A DNA stretch of 64,000 bases from the human T2T-CHM13v2.0 reference genome, Homo sapiens. The stretch covers positions 4,864,001 to 4,928,000 of the forward strand of contig CP086569.2 of the NCBI GenBank assembly GCA_009914755.4, read 5' to 3'. Made by a program: the position numbers and the translations under genes. Below, in pieces: positions 41,850-59,862 of the stretch (position 1 is the first letter of the stretch; each line of letters opens with the position of its first letter). The notes beneath the pieces are model-generated. The model had not been told where the DNA came from. It searched no databases and worked only from the letters and a program-made list of their open reading frames with translations.

Positions 41850-44775
41850 CTGTTTGAGCTCTTTATATGTTGTGATTATTAATCTCTTGCAGATGGGTAG
41901 TTTGCAAATATTTTCTCCCATTCTGTAAGTTATTGCTTCACTTTTTTTATTGTATCTTTTGTTGTGCAGAAACTTCTTAACTTGATGTTATCCCACTTGT
42001 CCATTTTTTTCTTTGGTTGCCTGCTCTTATTGTCTATTGCTCAAGAATTCTTTGCCCAGACCAATATCCTGGAGATTTTTTCAGTGTTTTCTTGTAATAG
42101 CCTTTGACTTTGGGGTCTTAGAGTTAAGTCTTTAATCCATTTTCATTTGATTTTGGTATATGGCAAGAGATAGAGGTTTAGTTTCATTCTTCTGAATATA
42201 GGGATCCAGTTTTCCCAGCACCATTTATTGAAGAAACTGGCCTTTCCCCATGATATGTTCTTGGCACCTTTGTCAAAAATGAATTCACTGTTGGGGTGTG
42301 GATTTCTTTCTGCGTTCTCTATTCTGTTCCATTGATCTATGTGTCTGTTTTCATGCAAGTTCCAGCTGTTTTGGTTACTATAGCTTTGTAGTATTATTTG
42401 AGGACATGTTATGTGATTCCTCAAGTTTTGTTCTTTCGCTTAGAATAGCTTTGGCTATTCTGGGTCTTTTGTGGTTTCATATTAATTTTAGGATTTTTTT
42501 TTTCTAAATCTGTGAAGAATGTCATTGGTATTTTGATAGGATTGCATTAAATGTGTAGATAGCTTAGGGTAGTATGGACATTTTAACAACATTCATTCTT
42601 CCAATCCATGAAAATGGAATTTTTTTCCATTTATTGGTGCATTCTTCAATTTATTTCATCGATGTTTCATAGTTTTATCATAGAGGCCTCTCACTTCTTT
42701 GGTTAATTACTAGGCAATTAATTTTATGTGTGGCTATTGTAAATAGGACTAATTTTATTTTCTTTTTACATTGGTCACTGTTGGTATATAGAATTGCTAC
42801 TAATTTTTGTATGTTGATTTTGTATCCTGCAACTTTACTGAATATTTTTATCACTTCTAATAGTTTTCTTGTGGAGTTGTTAGGTTTTTTCAAATATAAG
42901 ATTATATCATATTCATACAAGAATAATTTGACTTTTTCCTTCCTAATTTGGATTCTTTTATATTTTTCTTATGGCTCATTGCTCCAGCTGGAACTTCCAG
43001 TGCTATGTTGAATAACAGTAGTGGCAGTGGGCATTCCTGTCATGTTCCAGATGTTAGAGGAAAGGCTTTCAGTTTTTCACCATTCGCTGTGATACTATGT
43101 ATTAGTCTTTCATATATGGCTTTGATTATGTTGAGGAATGTCCCGTCTATTCCCAGGTTTTTTAGGGTTTTTATCATGAAAGGATGTTGAATTCTATCAA
43201 ATGGTTTTTCAGGATCAATTGAAATGATCATACAGTTTTTATCCTTCATTCTCTTGATATATCACATTGATTTGTTTATATTGAACCATCTTTGCATCCC
43301 AAAGATAAATCTCACTTGGTAATGATGAATGATCTTTCGAATGTATTGTTGATTTTAGCTTGCTAGTATTTTGTTGAGGATTTTTGCATCAATACTCATC
43401 AGAGATATTGGCCTGTAGTTTTATCTTTTTATTGTGTCAGTCTGGTTTTGGTATCAGGGTAATACTGGACCCATAGAATGAATTTGCCATTACTCCCTCC
43501 CCCTCTATTTATTGAAATAGTTTGAATAGGATTGGCATTAATCACTTAAATGTTTGGTTGCATTCAGCAGTTTAGTCATGGGGTCCCAGGCTTTTTTTTT
43601 TTCTTTTTTTTTGATGGGAGAGTTTTTATTATGGCTTCAATCTCATTACTTGCTATTGATCTGTTCAGATTTTGGATTTCTTCTTGGTTCAATCTTGCTA
43701 GGTTGTATGTATACATGAATTTGTCCATTTCTTCTACATTTTCCAAATTATTAGCTTAGAGTTGCTCATAGTAGTCACTAACGATCCTTTGAATTTCTGC
43801 AGTATCAATTATAATGCCTCCCTTTTCATTTCTGATTTTATTTATTTGGATCTTCTCTCTTTTTTTCTTAGTCTGAATAAAGGTTCTCAATTTTGTCTAA
43901 CTTTTAAAAAACCAGCATTTTTTAACCTATCTTTGTATTGTATTTTTATCTTAATTTCATTTATTTGTGCTCTGGTATTTATTATCTCTTTTCTTCTACT
44001 AACTTTGGTTTGATTTGCTCTTACTTTTCTAGTTCTTTAAGATGGATTATTACATTATTCATCTGAAGATTTTCCTCTTTTTGGATGTAGGCATTTATAG
44101 CCATAAACTTTCCCCTTGATACTGCTTTTGCTGTATTCCATAGGTTTTGGTATGTTGTGTTTCCATTATGATTTGTTTCAAGAAATTTTTGAATTCATTC
44201 TTAATTTCGTCATTGACCTACTGGTCATTCAGCAGCATATTATTTAATTTCCATTTATTTATATAGGTTTCAAAGTTCTTGTTATTTATTTCTAGTTGTA
44301 TTTCACTGTGGTCAGAGAAAATGCCAGATATTATTTTAATTTTTTTCAATGTCTTAAGACATATTTTGTGACCTAACATATTATCTATCCTTGAGAATGA
44401 TCCATGTGCTAAGGAAAAGAATGTATATTATATAGTCGTTAGATGAAATGTTCTGTAAATATCTATTAGGTCCATTTGGTCTATAATAGTCCAGACTAAA
44501 TATGATGTTTCATTGTTGATTTTCCGTATGGAAGATCTGTCCAATGCTGAAGGTCTGGTGGTGAAGTCTCTAGTTATTATTGTATTGGGAACTATCCCTC
44601 TCTTTAGCGCTAATAATATTTGCTTTATATATCCAGGTGCTCCAGTGTACATATATATTTAAAATTCTTATATTCTTTTGTGAAATTGACCCCATTATCA
44701 TTATATAGTGAACTTCGTTGTCTCTTCTCATAGTTTTTGTCTTGAAATCTAATTTGTCTGATACAAATATAGTGA

Positions 44776-45153
<378 letters not shown>

Positions 45154-48100
45154 TATGTGTGCCTTTTTAGGTGAAGTGTTTCTTGTAAGCAACAGATCAG
45201 TGGGTCTTGCTTCTTTATCCATGCAGCTGGTTTATGTCTTCCGATTGGAGAATTCAGTCTATTTACATTTAATGTTACTATTGATAAGTAAGGACCTACT
45301 CTTGCCATTTTCTTATTTATTTTCTGGTTGTTTATGATCTTCTCTTTCTTTTTTCTTTCCTTCCTGTCTTCCTCTAGTGAAGGTTATTTTCTCTGGTGAT
45401 ACGATTAAGTTTCTTTCTTTTTATTTTTTATGTATCCATTATATGCTTTTTGGTTTGGAGGTTACTGTGAGGCTTGCAAATACTAACTTATATCCTCTTA
45501 TTTTAATATGATAACAACTTAATACTCTTTGTATAACAAACAAAAAGAAAGAAAACAAATAAAAACTCTATGCCTCAACTTAGCTCCCCCACTTTTAACC
45601 TTTTTGTTGTTTCTATTTATATCTTATTGTACTGACTCTGTCTTGAAAAGTTGTTGTAGTTATTATTTTTGATGGGTTCATTTTTTGCTTTTCTGCTTAA
45701 GATAAAAGTAGTTTACATGCCACAGTTAGTTTTATAATATTCTGTATTTTTCTGTGTACTTACTATTATCATTAGGTTTTGTATTTTCAGGTGATTATTT
45801 ATTGCTTATTAATGTCCTTTTCTTTCTAATTGAAGTACTCCCTATAGCATTTCCTGTAGGCCTGGTCTGATATTGCTGAAATGACACTGCTTTTGTTTGT
45901 CTGAGAAAGTCTTCATTTCTCTTGCATGTTTGATGAATATTTTAGCTGGATATACTATTCTAGGGTAAAAGTTTTTTTTCCTTCAGCACTTTAAATATGT
46001 CATGCCACTCTCCCCTTGCCTGTAAGGTTTCCACTGAAAAGTCAACTGCCAGATATATTGGAGCTCCAGTGTATGACATGTGTTGTTTTCTCTTGCTGCT
46101 TTTAGAATCCGTTCTTAACTGTTAACCTTTGAGAGTATGATTATTAAATGGCTTGAGGTAACCTTCTCCAGGTTGAATCTGCTTTATGTTCGATTTCTTT
46201 CTTATACTTGGATATTGATGTCTTTCTCTAGGTTTGAGAAGTTTTCTGTTATTATCCCTTTGAATTATCTTTCTACTCCTATCTCTTTCTCTACTTCCTT
46301 CAAGGCTAATAACTCTTAAATTTGTACTTTTGAGGCTATCTTCTTGATCCTATAGGTGTGCTTCATTTTTTTTATTCTTTTTTCTTTTGACTCTTCTGTG
46401 TATTTTCAAATAGCCTGTCTTCAAGCTCAGTAATTCTTTCTTCTGCTTGATCAATTCTGCTAATTAAAGGATGATGATGCATTATTCAGTAAGCCAATTG
46501 CATTGTTCAGCTTCAGAATTTCTGCATTATTATTCATAATTATTTTAATCTCTTTGTTCAGTTTATCAGATAGAATTCTAAATTCCTTCTCCGTGTTATC
46601 TTGACCTTTTTTTGAGTTTCCTCAACACAGCTATTTTGAATTATCTGTCTGCAAGGTCACATACCCCTGTTCCTCCAGGACTGGTCCCTAGTTCTTAGTG
46701 AGTTCATTTGGTGAGGTCATGTTTTTCTGGATGGTGGTGATGCTAGTAGATATTCTTCAGTGTCTGGGCATTGAAGAGCTAGATAGGTATTGTAGTCTTC
46801 ACTGTCTTATCTGTAGCCACCCTTCTTTGGAAGGCTTTCCAGATGTTTGAAAGGATGTGAGTGTTGTGATCTAAGCTGTATCTTCTTTAGGGGGCACTCC
46901 AATCCCATTAATGCTGTGGTTCTTGCAGACGCATAGTGGTGCTGCCTTTATGGTATTAAACAAGATCCAAGAGATTTCTCTGGATTATCAGGCAGAGACT
47001 CTTGTTCTCTTCTCTTACATTGCCCCAAACAAACAGAGTCCCTCTCTATCTTTTCTAACCCATGTAAAGCTGGAGCTGGAGTGACAATAAGCACCCCTGT
47101 GGTCACCACCACTATGACCCTGCTGGGTCACACCTGAAGCCAGCACAGTGCTGGGTCTCATTTAAGACCCACTATAACTACTCCCTGGCTACTTCCCATG
47201 TTTGCTCAAGGCTCTGGTGCTCTACAATCAGCATGTGTCAAAGCCAGCCAAGCCTATGTTCTTCCCTTCATGGCAGTGAGGTCCCCCAGACCCTATGTGC
47301 GTCCAGAAGAACTGTTTGGTAGTCAGGGACTAGCATCAAAAACCTTAGAAATCTACCTAATGTTTTACTGTATTGCACCTGAGCTGATATTCAAACCACA
47401 AGACACAGTTCTTCCCACTCTTTCCCCCTCTTTCCAAAGGCAGAGGAGCCTCTCGCCATAGCCACCACCACCTCAGGCCATGACGTATACTGCCAGACTA
47501 CCACCAATACTCCCTTATGACCCAAGGTCTCTTAAGTCAACTTATTGTGAATGCTGCCTGCCCTGGGACTCACCCTTCAGGGCAATGGCCTCTCCTCTGA
47601 CTCAGGTCAGGTCCAGAAATGCCACCTAAGGGTCAAGTCCTATAATCACAGACCCCAAGAGCTCACTTGGTGGTCTACTGACCTCCACCCCTGTGGCCTG
47701 ATATTGCTGAAATCCCACAGCTTTTGGTTGTGCTGGTACCTCAGATGCAAGACAAAGTCCCATTTACTTTTCTGTCTGCTTTTCTCAAGCAGGAGTTTTG
47801 CCCCAGAGCCACCATATCTGTTAATGCACTGAGCCTCACCTGGAGCCAGCCCATCTCAGAGACTGACCAAGACCCTCAATGTAGTACCTGGGTATTGCTG
47901 CTGGTTATGCAGGGCCGAAGAGCTCTTCAGTTAGCAGACGATAAAAGCTGGCAGGAATGGGTCCTTTCCTTCAAGGCAGCAGGTTCCCTTCTGGCCCAGG
48001 GTGTGTCTAGAAATGTCATCTGGAAGCTAAAGCCTGGAATGGGGGGCCTCATGACTCTGACCAGTGCCTTATCCTGCTGTGGTTCAGGTGGTATCCTAGA

Positions 48101-49769
48101 TGAAAGACAAAGTCCTTCCCACCCTTCCTTCTCCTCTCTTCAAGTGGAAGAAAGGGGTGTCTTTCAGTGCTGAAAGCTGTGCAGCCTGGGGTTAGGGTAG
48201 GGATGATTCTAACACTCCCTTGACTTCTCCAGCTGGTGCCTCAGTATGCCAGGTTTCTTCAGTTTTCTGTCTCTGGGCCTAGTTCAGCACTAGGACTCAC
48301 ATACACGTTGCAATTCTTATGGCCTAGACAGCCTTTCAAGTTTACTTTGAGACAGAGTGTGGTAGCCTTTGATGGTGAGGTTTGCAGACACTCAGGTATG
48401 GACCTCTGGTTTCAAGGGATCCTTCTCTGGCTAGGGCTGATTTAAATGCTCCTCCTGTGGGCGGGGGTCAGCTGAATTTGCTCTGGTTTTGCTTTCTGCT
48501 TTAACAGGACAGCACTTATTTCAGCGCCTCACGATTGCTGTGTTTTCTCTCCTTCGGTGTCCAGAGAAGCTCTCTGCACCATGCCAAGGTGGGGGAGTGG
48601 TAGCATCGGTAATTCTACAGGGTTTATTTCTTCAGTGCAACTTTAGGACATATGAAGTTAAAACTAGGTACTATGAGTGCTCGCCTGATTTTTGTTTCTT
48701 ATGAAAGTTTTTTTTTTTCCTGTATAGATAGTTGTTAACTTGGTGTCCTTGCTGGGGGGCAACTATAGGTAGAGCTTTCTATTCTGTCATCTTGCTCTGT
48801 CTCCCTTGTATATTTCCTGCTCTTTCCAAATTAATATGTTAATTTTTCTTATTTTATCTTTCTTAATGAAATAAGTTTTCATTATTACTTATGAGTGACA
48901 CAAACTATTGTACTGATCAAAAGTAAAGATACACTTACTGGTGAAGGGATGCCAATATGTTTTCTTTAGATATCAGGTGAACTTGAGCAAAATGCTTGTT
49001 ACTCCACTTTATAGATAACCTTTGATGCTTAGGCACTGATAAAGAAATCGGAACAAACAAACTCAAAATAAAATGAGCAAACTCATCCCACAAATACTTT
49101 ATTTTATAGAAATAGCACTTTTAGCCAAATGTGAATACAATTGCAATAGCTGTGTTTTTAAGAAAATCAGCAAAATTTTATGTGCTCCATTTTAGTAACT
49201 ATATTTGAAATATCTAAGTTTATTCCCATTATTAAGATTGGACATTGTTATGATTGCGTTTCCTTTCAAAAGATGTATTCTAGCTCAATTTCCCTAGCTT
49301 CCAGGTAAGAATAATAGAAATATTAAAATAGAGCTGTGGTTTGCTATAATTTTACAGGGTATTTTGTGGTCAAGTTCTAAAATTATCAAGAGCATATTTT
49401 TATGTTTTTGAACTTTAAGTTTTTAACAAGATAGTCTATCCTAAATCTTAAATATATTAATCAGCAACAAAATGGCATAGAATGAGAACAGTGTTAAGGA
49501 AACCTTGAAAATAATAAAAAGTATGTGGCTTCTTACATATGACATACTAAGGCAATGCCATTATCATGCTGTATTACAAATAAAATGTAAATTACAATGC
49601 AATGAAAATAATTTCACAATCATTTTATTGTTTTAAGCATACCAATATCTTGAAATTTTTCAGGAAAGAATTGCTTTCAGAAAGATTTGCCTTCTCAAGA
49701 TTGAAGCACATTTTATATTGAATTAACTGATATGCTATGAAACCCAGGCCCCTTGATAAAAAACAGTGA

Positions 49770-50085
<316 letters not shown>

Positions 50086-50811
50086 TGTTGCATTTTCACT
50101 AACTTATGACTTCTCTAGTATTTATATAAAAAACAGAGACAATATCTCTACAAATCAACTTTATATAATTATTTTAACAAATCCTTTGATTATATATAAC
50201 CAAACTGTTCTGTGCACATGGAAAAATGAATATGATAGGAATATGATTCTCAGGTGATTAAAAAATAATATTCTCTTTCATCAAAATAAGCAAATACCTA
50301 CTTGTAAGGAACAATGCAAAGAAAAAGAAATATTTTTGCAAATGATCAACTGTCATTTAAAATAGATAGCATCTAAGTTGCCTTATACCCCAAATGTAAA
50401 TGGACCTTCATATTTTGAACAGTGAAGCCAATTACAGAAATTTGTCATCATTCTTGTCATCTGGGATGATCATTAAAATATCTTTAGTGATTACATCTCT
50501 CATTTTTCTTCTTACTTATCATGTGTTTACAGACATAGCCAATAATATGACTTTTCTACCTAGAATTATTATAAATTCATCACAATGACCGGTACGTAGG
50601 TACTGTTTTACCCCCTCAGAGAGTTCTTTCATTACCTCATTAATTCATAATCCACACAGTTTTCCATGTGTGCAGAACAGTTTGATCTTATATATTCAAA
50701 ATATTTGATTAAATAATTCTATAAGATGGATATGCATAGATATTGTCTCTATTTTTTAGATGAATACTAGATAAATCATAAGCTAGTGAAAAAGCCATAA
50801 TCACTATTTTT

Positions 50812-51497
50812 TTTTCTGACTTTTAGGTTCAGGAGATACATGTGCAGGTCTCTTATATGGGTAAATTGTTTGTCACTTGGGTTTGGTGTACAAATGATCC
50901 CGTCACCCAAGTAGTGAGCACAGTACCTGATAGTATTTCAGTGCTCACTCTCCTCCTACCCTCCCCACTGTAGTAATACCCAGAATCTATTATTCTCATC
51001 TTTGTGTCCACATGTACTCAATGTTTAGCTCCTACTTATAAGTGAGAACATGAGATATTTGGATTCCTGTTCCTGTGCTAATTCACTTAGGATAATGGCC
51101 TACAGCCACATCCATGTTACTGCAAGCGGAATGATTTTATTCTTTTTATGGCTATGTAGTATTCCATGGTGTATATACACCACATTTTCTTTATTCAGTC
51201 CACAGCCAATGGGTATCTAGGTTGATTCCATGTTTTTGCTATTGTGAATAGTGCTGTAATGAACATACACATGAATGCATCTTTATGGCAGAACAATTTA
51301 TATTTCTTTGGGTATATAACCAGGAATAGGATTGCTGGATTGAACAGTATTTCTGTTTTAAGCTCTTTGAGTAATTTCCATTGCTTTCCCCAGTGGCTAA
51401 ACTAATTGACATTTCCACCAACAGCCTATAAGCATTCCCTGTTTTCTGCAACCTCACCAACATGATATTTTTTGACTTTTTAGTAATAGCCATTCCA
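50812..51497 (-). mobile_element. 5'-truncated L1 3' end (old L1PA/L1PB type); TSD about AAAAAG(CCATAA)TCACTATTTTT
   Basis: The reverse complement of the L1 3'UTR and the end of ORF2 is present (..ttttaggttcaggagatacatgtgcaggtc...cccacatgtactcaatgtttagctcctacttataagtgagaacatgagatatttggattcc...ctattgtgaatagtgctgtaatgaacatacacatg..). A similar 17-mer flanks the insert. Confidence 0.75.
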
Positions 51498-52986
51498 AAA
51501 AGTCACTATTTTTATCCAAGTGCCCCAGTTTCATAGCATATCACTTAATTCAATGTAAAATGTGTTTCAATTTTGACGAGGCAAATATTCCTGAAAGAAA
51601 ATGTGTTCTAAATTTGTTGCTTGACCAACTGTCTTATTTCAAGTGGTGAATATAATACAAGAAGTATAGAAAAGAATGTTTATGGCCTTGAACGATTTTA
51701 CAAATTTGAAGGAAGAGCAAACACCAAAAACATATCTTCTTAGTGGATGTCATTTCCCATTTTCCCACCCTGATGCCTTGCTCTATAAGTCAAATTAGGT
51801 AGATATACAGATTGATAGAAGATAGAATTGTTGATAAAAACAGCAAGAACATTGATACTTAGATTTTAGAATCAGCATTACAAGAGATCCTGAAAATCAT
51901 TTAGTGGAAACCAGAGTCTTATAGAGGAAGCCACTAAAATCTGGAGAATAGTGACTTGCCAAAAATCCAAAATTTTGTTTCAGTGTTAGAGCCAGTCTCA
52001 GAATCTAGGCCTTCTTTCCCCATGTAGTAGTTTTTTATATATTTTTAATTTATTCTAATGAATCTTCTAATATCTAAGAGGCAATTCTTGTTTTATGTGA
52101 TAGTTTTTTCAAAAGTCAATCTTGACATATGGGGCCATTACAGCAAACTAATAGGCAAATCTAGCATATATCCTTTGTACTTTAAAAACATTAGACACAA
52201 CTTGATTCTTCAGGTTATATGAAAATAATGAAGTGGTGGTGAATACATAGAACAGATGTGTGTTCATAAAGACCATGTGGTTTTTTTTTTGTTTAATGTA
52301 GTAATGTTTTGATGTGCTGCTGAGGGGCTTATCTTAGGGAGATAGCAAAATGGCAGCTGGTTTTACCCTAGAAGACCTCTTACTAGATAAATTCCAGCTG
52401 TGAATATATGATGTTTCCTTAAATGGGCAAAGAGAAGTTATCCCATATGTAAAATTATTCTCAACATCTGTGCTGCTTTAGGAACCATATTCTCTTTGTA
52501 ATTGGCTTCTGTAAGAGGATTTTTTTCCCTTAAAAATGTAGAGAACTGAATTTGTACAAAATGTTTATAAATAATTCGAAAGAGGACTTTAAAAGTACTT
52601 TTTGCAAGTTTGTTCTTCTTGCAAGTATAAATGTATACAAGTATAAATATATTTGAACAGATCTAAGTACAATCAGTGTTAAACAAGTAGTTAAAGTAGT
52701 ATGTGCCTCACATTATAAAATCTCTGCCTAAAATGACTTGTGGGTGTGCAAAGGTAGACCTGGTACATGTCCATAATTCTATTGGACAAAAGTCTTTTGG
52801 ATTTTGTAAAAATACTATGGAAGCATGCTCCAGAGATTTTGTGGGTTTGATTTCAGACCACTGCAATAAAACGAATATTCAAAAAAGTGAGTCATGGAAA
52901 TTTTTTAGTATAAACATAAAAAAGTTATGTTTATGCTATACTGTAGCTTATTAAGTGTGCAATAGCATTAATGTCTAATAAAATAA

Positions 52987-55174
<2,188 letters not shown>

Positions 55175-57508
55175 TAAAATAATGTGCGTATCTTAATTTC
55201 AAAATATTTTATTGCTAAAAATGCTAACACTCATCTGAGGCTTCATTGCTTTGAAATCTTTTTTTTTAAAGAAAGAAAATGGTGGACTTTAATCTTTATT
55301 TACAGGACACTGTGAGATATGAAATTCCATTGAAATCTTTTTGCTGGTGAAGGGTCTTGCCTTGATGTTGGCAATGAGGTATGGCTAATGGGGTGGTGGA
55401 TGCTGAAGTTTGGAGTAGTTGTGACAATTTCTTAAAAGAAGATCATAGTAAAGTTTGCTACATTGATTGGCTCTTCCTTTCCTGACAAAAATACTCTGTA
55501 GCATGCAATGCTGTTTGATAGCGTGTTACCCACAGCAAAACTTCTTTCAAGATTTCAGTCAATCCTTTTATACCCTGCCACTGCCTTATCAAGTAAGTTC
55601 ATGTAATATTCTAAATCTTTTGTTGTCATTTCAACAATGTTCACCGCATCTTCACCAGAAGTAGATTTTATCTCAAGAAACCACTTTTTTATCATTCGTA
55701 AGAAGCAACTTTGTATCCATTCAAGTTTTATCATGATATTGCAACAATTCAGTCACATCCTCAAGCTCCACTTGTAAGTCTAGTTCTTTTGCTACTTCCA
55801 CAACATCTACAGTGGCTTCCTTCAATGAAGTCTTGAACCCCTCAAAGTCATCCATGAGTGGGGGAATCACCTTCTTCCAAGCTCTTGTCAATATTGATAT
55901 TTTGACCTCCTCCCATGAATCATGAATGTTCTTCATGGGATTTAGAATGATGAATCTTTTTCAGAACCATTTCCATTTGCATTTCTCAGATTCATCAGAC
56001 AAATCACTAACTATGGCAGCTATAACCTTATGAAATGTAGTTCTTAAATGATAATACTTGAGAGTTGAAATTACTCCTGATTCATGGACTGCAGGATGAA
56101 TGTTTTGTTAGCAGTCATGAAAACAACATTAATTTCCTTTTATATCTTTTTCAGAAGTGTTGGGCGACCAGTTGCATTGTCAATAAGCAAATATTTTGAA
56201 ATTAATCTTTTTTTTAGCATTAGGGATCAACGGTCAGCTTAAAATATTTAATACACCATGCTGTAAACAGATGTGCTGTCATCCAGGCTTTGTTGTTGTA
56301 TGTGTAGAGCACAGGCAGAGTAGATTTAGCATCATCCTTAAGGGCCCTAGCATTTTCAGAATAGTAAATGATCATTGGCTTCAATTTAAAGTCACCAGCT
56401 GCATTAGGCCCTAACAAGAGAGTCAATATGTACTTTGAAGCTTTAAAGCCAGGTATTGACTTCTCTGTAGCCATGAAATTCCTATATAGCATCTTCTTCC
56501 TATATAAGGCTGCTTCATCTACACTGAAAATCTGTTGTTCAGTGTAGCCACCTTCATTAATTATCTTAGCTAGATCTTCCGGATAACTTGCTGCAGCTTC
56601 TTTATAAGCACTTGCTGCACTTTTATATTATGGAGATGGCTTCTTTCCTTAAACCTCATGACCAACCTCTGCTAACTTCATTTTTTTTTTTCCTGTAGCT
56701 TTCTCGCCTCTTTCAGCCTTCGTAGAATTGAAGAGTGTTAGGAACTTTTTCTGGATTAAGCTTTGGCTGAAGGGAACGTTGTGGATGGTTTGATCTTCTA
56801 TCTAGACCTCTGAAACTTTCTCCATATTGGCCATAAGGCAGTTTCACTTTCTATCATTTTTGTGTTCACTGGAGTAGCACTTTCAATTTTCTTCAAGAAC
56901 TTTTCCTTTGCATTAACAATGTGGCTAACTTTTTGGCACAAGAAGCCTAGTTTTCTGCCTATCTTGGCTTTTGGTATGCTTTCCTCAATAAACTTAATCA
57001 TTTTTAGCTTCTAATTTAAATGAGAGACATGTGACTTTTCCTTTCATTTGAACACTTAGAGGCCATTTTAGCGTCATTAACTGGCCTACTTTAAGGAGTG
57101 TTGTATCTCAGAAAATAGGTAGGCTGAAGGAGAAGGAGAGATACATGGAAAGGGCCAGTTCACGTCGCAGTCAGAACAGACAGGACATTCATCAATTAAG
57201 TTTTTCATTTTATATGAGCAAGGTTTGTGGATTCCCAAATAATTATAATAGTAACATCTATAGCCAAAAATAATTAAATTGTACATTTTAAAATAACAAA
57301 AAGTGTAACTAGATTGTTTGTAACACAAAATATAAATGCCTGAAGTGACGGATACTCCATTTAACCTGATGTGACTATTACACATTGCATGCCTGTATCA
57401 AAATATCTAATGTAACCCATAAATACATACACCTACTATGTACCCACAAAAATTAAAAATTATGAAAAAGAACACTGATCACAGATTACCATAAGAGATA
57501 TAATAGTA

Positions 57509-57815
57509 GGTGGGGCACGGTGGCTCACCCCTGTAATCCCAACACTTTGGGAGGCTGAGATGGGCAGATCGCTTGAGGTCAGGAGTTCAAGTCCAGACTG
57601 GGCAACATGGCAAAACCTTGTCTCTATAAAAAAAAAAAACAAAAAACAGCTGACTGCCGTAGCGCATGTTTGTAATCCCAGCTACTTGGGAGGCTGAGAC
57701 ATGAGAATGGCTTGAACCTGGGAGGTTGAGGTTGCAGTGAGCTGAGAAGCCAAGATGGTGCCACGGCACTCCAGCCTGGATGACAGAGTGAGACTCTGTC
57801 TCAAATATATATATA
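57509..57815 (+). mobile_element. Alu SINE nested in Tigger1; TSD about AGAGATA(T)AATA
   Basis: The body reads ggtggggcacggtggctcacccctgtaatcccaacactttgggaggctgag...gcctggatgacagagtgagactctgtctc. A degraded tail follows. Confidence 0.85.
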
Positions 57816-59084
57816 GAGAGAGATAATAATAACAAAAAAGTTTTGAACATTGCAAGAATTACCAAAAAGTGACATAGAGACACAAAGTGAGCATTGGCTG
57901 TTGGAAAAATGAAAAATGGCACCAGTAGATTTGCTTAATGTAGGGTTGCTATAAACCTTCAGATTTAAAAAAAAAAAAGCAATATCTATGAAGCACAACG
58001 AAATGAAGCACAATAAAATGAGCTATGTCTGTATTGAGTCTTGTTAATGTTGTTCATGGTGATTAACACAAAATAGTAAATATTCAGACTTTACTAGTTT
58101 GTGAAATATCTGCATACCAACAACCATAACAAGCAGCCAAATGGTTAGGCTGAGAGAACTAGATGCTTTAGTAGCTACTGTATTTGGCATTTATTTGTCT
58201 CATTCTTACTATCTGCTGTCATAGCTGATGAGAGGTTCCTCATAAAGATGACTGGAAAAAGATTATCTGAAACCATTATGTATTGGCTGAGTCTCAATCA
58301 CAAATGATACCAGAGTTTGTTTTTCAAGCACATTAGACAAATAGATGTCAATAAAATTGTGTAGATATATTTTGTTTTAAAAAATAATGATAATTTAAGA
58401 AAATAGTTATAAGAACAAAAAATCAATATTAACATCTGCAAAATCTTAAATAGATATAATTAATGTATGTTGCTAAGTAGAGCATTTTTTAATGATAATG
58501 TTAACAGTTTTTTAAAAATTGACCAGGATGTGTAGAGTCAAAAATGCCACTGCCTTGTTACCAGTTATCTTTGAATGCAATTTCTAATTAAATATTCCAA
58601 AAGTGGTCTGAACAATGGTAGCCCACTTGTGAGTAATGAATACAGCCTCTCAGGACAGCTATCTGGAAATTAATGGCATTTGTCTAAATATGTATGTTCT
58701 GATAAGTTTGTTAAACACCAGTTGTATTAATATACAGCCATGCTTCATATAGTGTCTAGTTATGATGTGATACTAATTATTATCTTTCTCATTGATCCCA
58801 TGTGATCTAATAATTATTTGTAGAGCCATGTAGGTGTTTGCATGTGTACACACACACATACACACACATTGCCCATTGAAAATGAAAAAGAACAGTCTCA
58901 TTGCCTGTGTTCTAGGCACACTACACCTTCGTTTATAATCTTACATGTATCAGAAAAAACTTTATGCTATAAATCCGGAGTCAGTAAACTATGAATCCTG
59001 GGCACATACAACACATACAATCTTTCCAGGAGCTACAGATTTTTTTTTTTAACATTTTTAAGTGTTGAAATAAATCAGATTTAG

Positions 59085-59862
59085 AGGGTAAGATGGCTCA
59101 ATAGACACAACCAGGTGGAACAGCTAACACTGAGGGATCGAGACAACTGGCACACTTCTAACAGATCTTCAGTGGTAAGGCACTGAGAGTGGATGGAGGA
59201 AAGTCACAGAAGCTGGGCTGAAGAGGAAGGAAGCTGGAAACACTGCATAGGGCTACTTCACACCAGGACTCATTCTTGGCCCCCAGTGACCCCAGGAGAA
59301 CAGGCGAGTTAAACTGTCAAGGAGTAACCTGCTTTTGTCAAGAGCCTCTGGAATCCCAGCAGGAGGAGACCCCCTTGACCCCACTAACAGTATTACACAC
59401 ATCATTGAGGCAGAACATTTGCAAAGATATTCAGGACCTGAACTTAACACTATATCAAGTGGACCTGATAGACATCTACAGAAAGTTCCATTCAAAAGCA
59501 ATATTATATACATTCTTCTCATCACCACATGGCATATACTCTAAAATCAACCGCATAATCAGACACACTCTTCAGCAAGTGCAAAGGAACTGAAATTATA
59601 ATAACCACTCTGTTGGACCACAGCACAATTAAATCAGGAATCAGGTCTAAGAAATTTTCTTAAAACCATACGATTACATGGAAACTGAATAACCTGCTCC
59701 TGAATAACTTTCAGGTAAATAATGAAATTGAGCCAGCAATCAAGTTATTTGAAACTAATGAGAATAAAGATACAACATTCAAGAATCACTGGGACACAGC
59801 GAAGGCAGTGTTTAGGGGGAAACTTATAGCACTAAACGCCCACAGCAACAATTTAAAAGGAT
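59085..59862 (+). mobile_element. older L1 fragment: 5'UTR-like start (about 59085-59375) joined directly to an ORF2 N-terminal region (about 59375-59862); ORF1 and the start of ORF2 are missing
   Basis: The fragment starts agggtaagatggctcaatagacacaacc.. (compare the L1 5' end ..gccaagatggccgaataggaacagc..). It then reads ..TPLTVLHTSLRQNICKDIQDLNLTLYQVDLIDIYRKFHSKAILYTFFSSPHGIYSKINRIIRHT.., which is L1 ORF2 endonuclease-domain C-terminus and linker. It is only about 75% identical to the equivalent segment at 62700-63180. Confidence 0.5.

Noticed and set aside
47724-48173. 149-aa ORF, considered as a novel gene or L1 ORF0
   Set aside because: It lies antisense in the 5'UTR of an old L1 and has no similarity to known proteins that I can recognise. 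It is far longer than the roughly 70-aa ORF0. It is treated as a chance ORF and recorded under findings only as a low-interest note.
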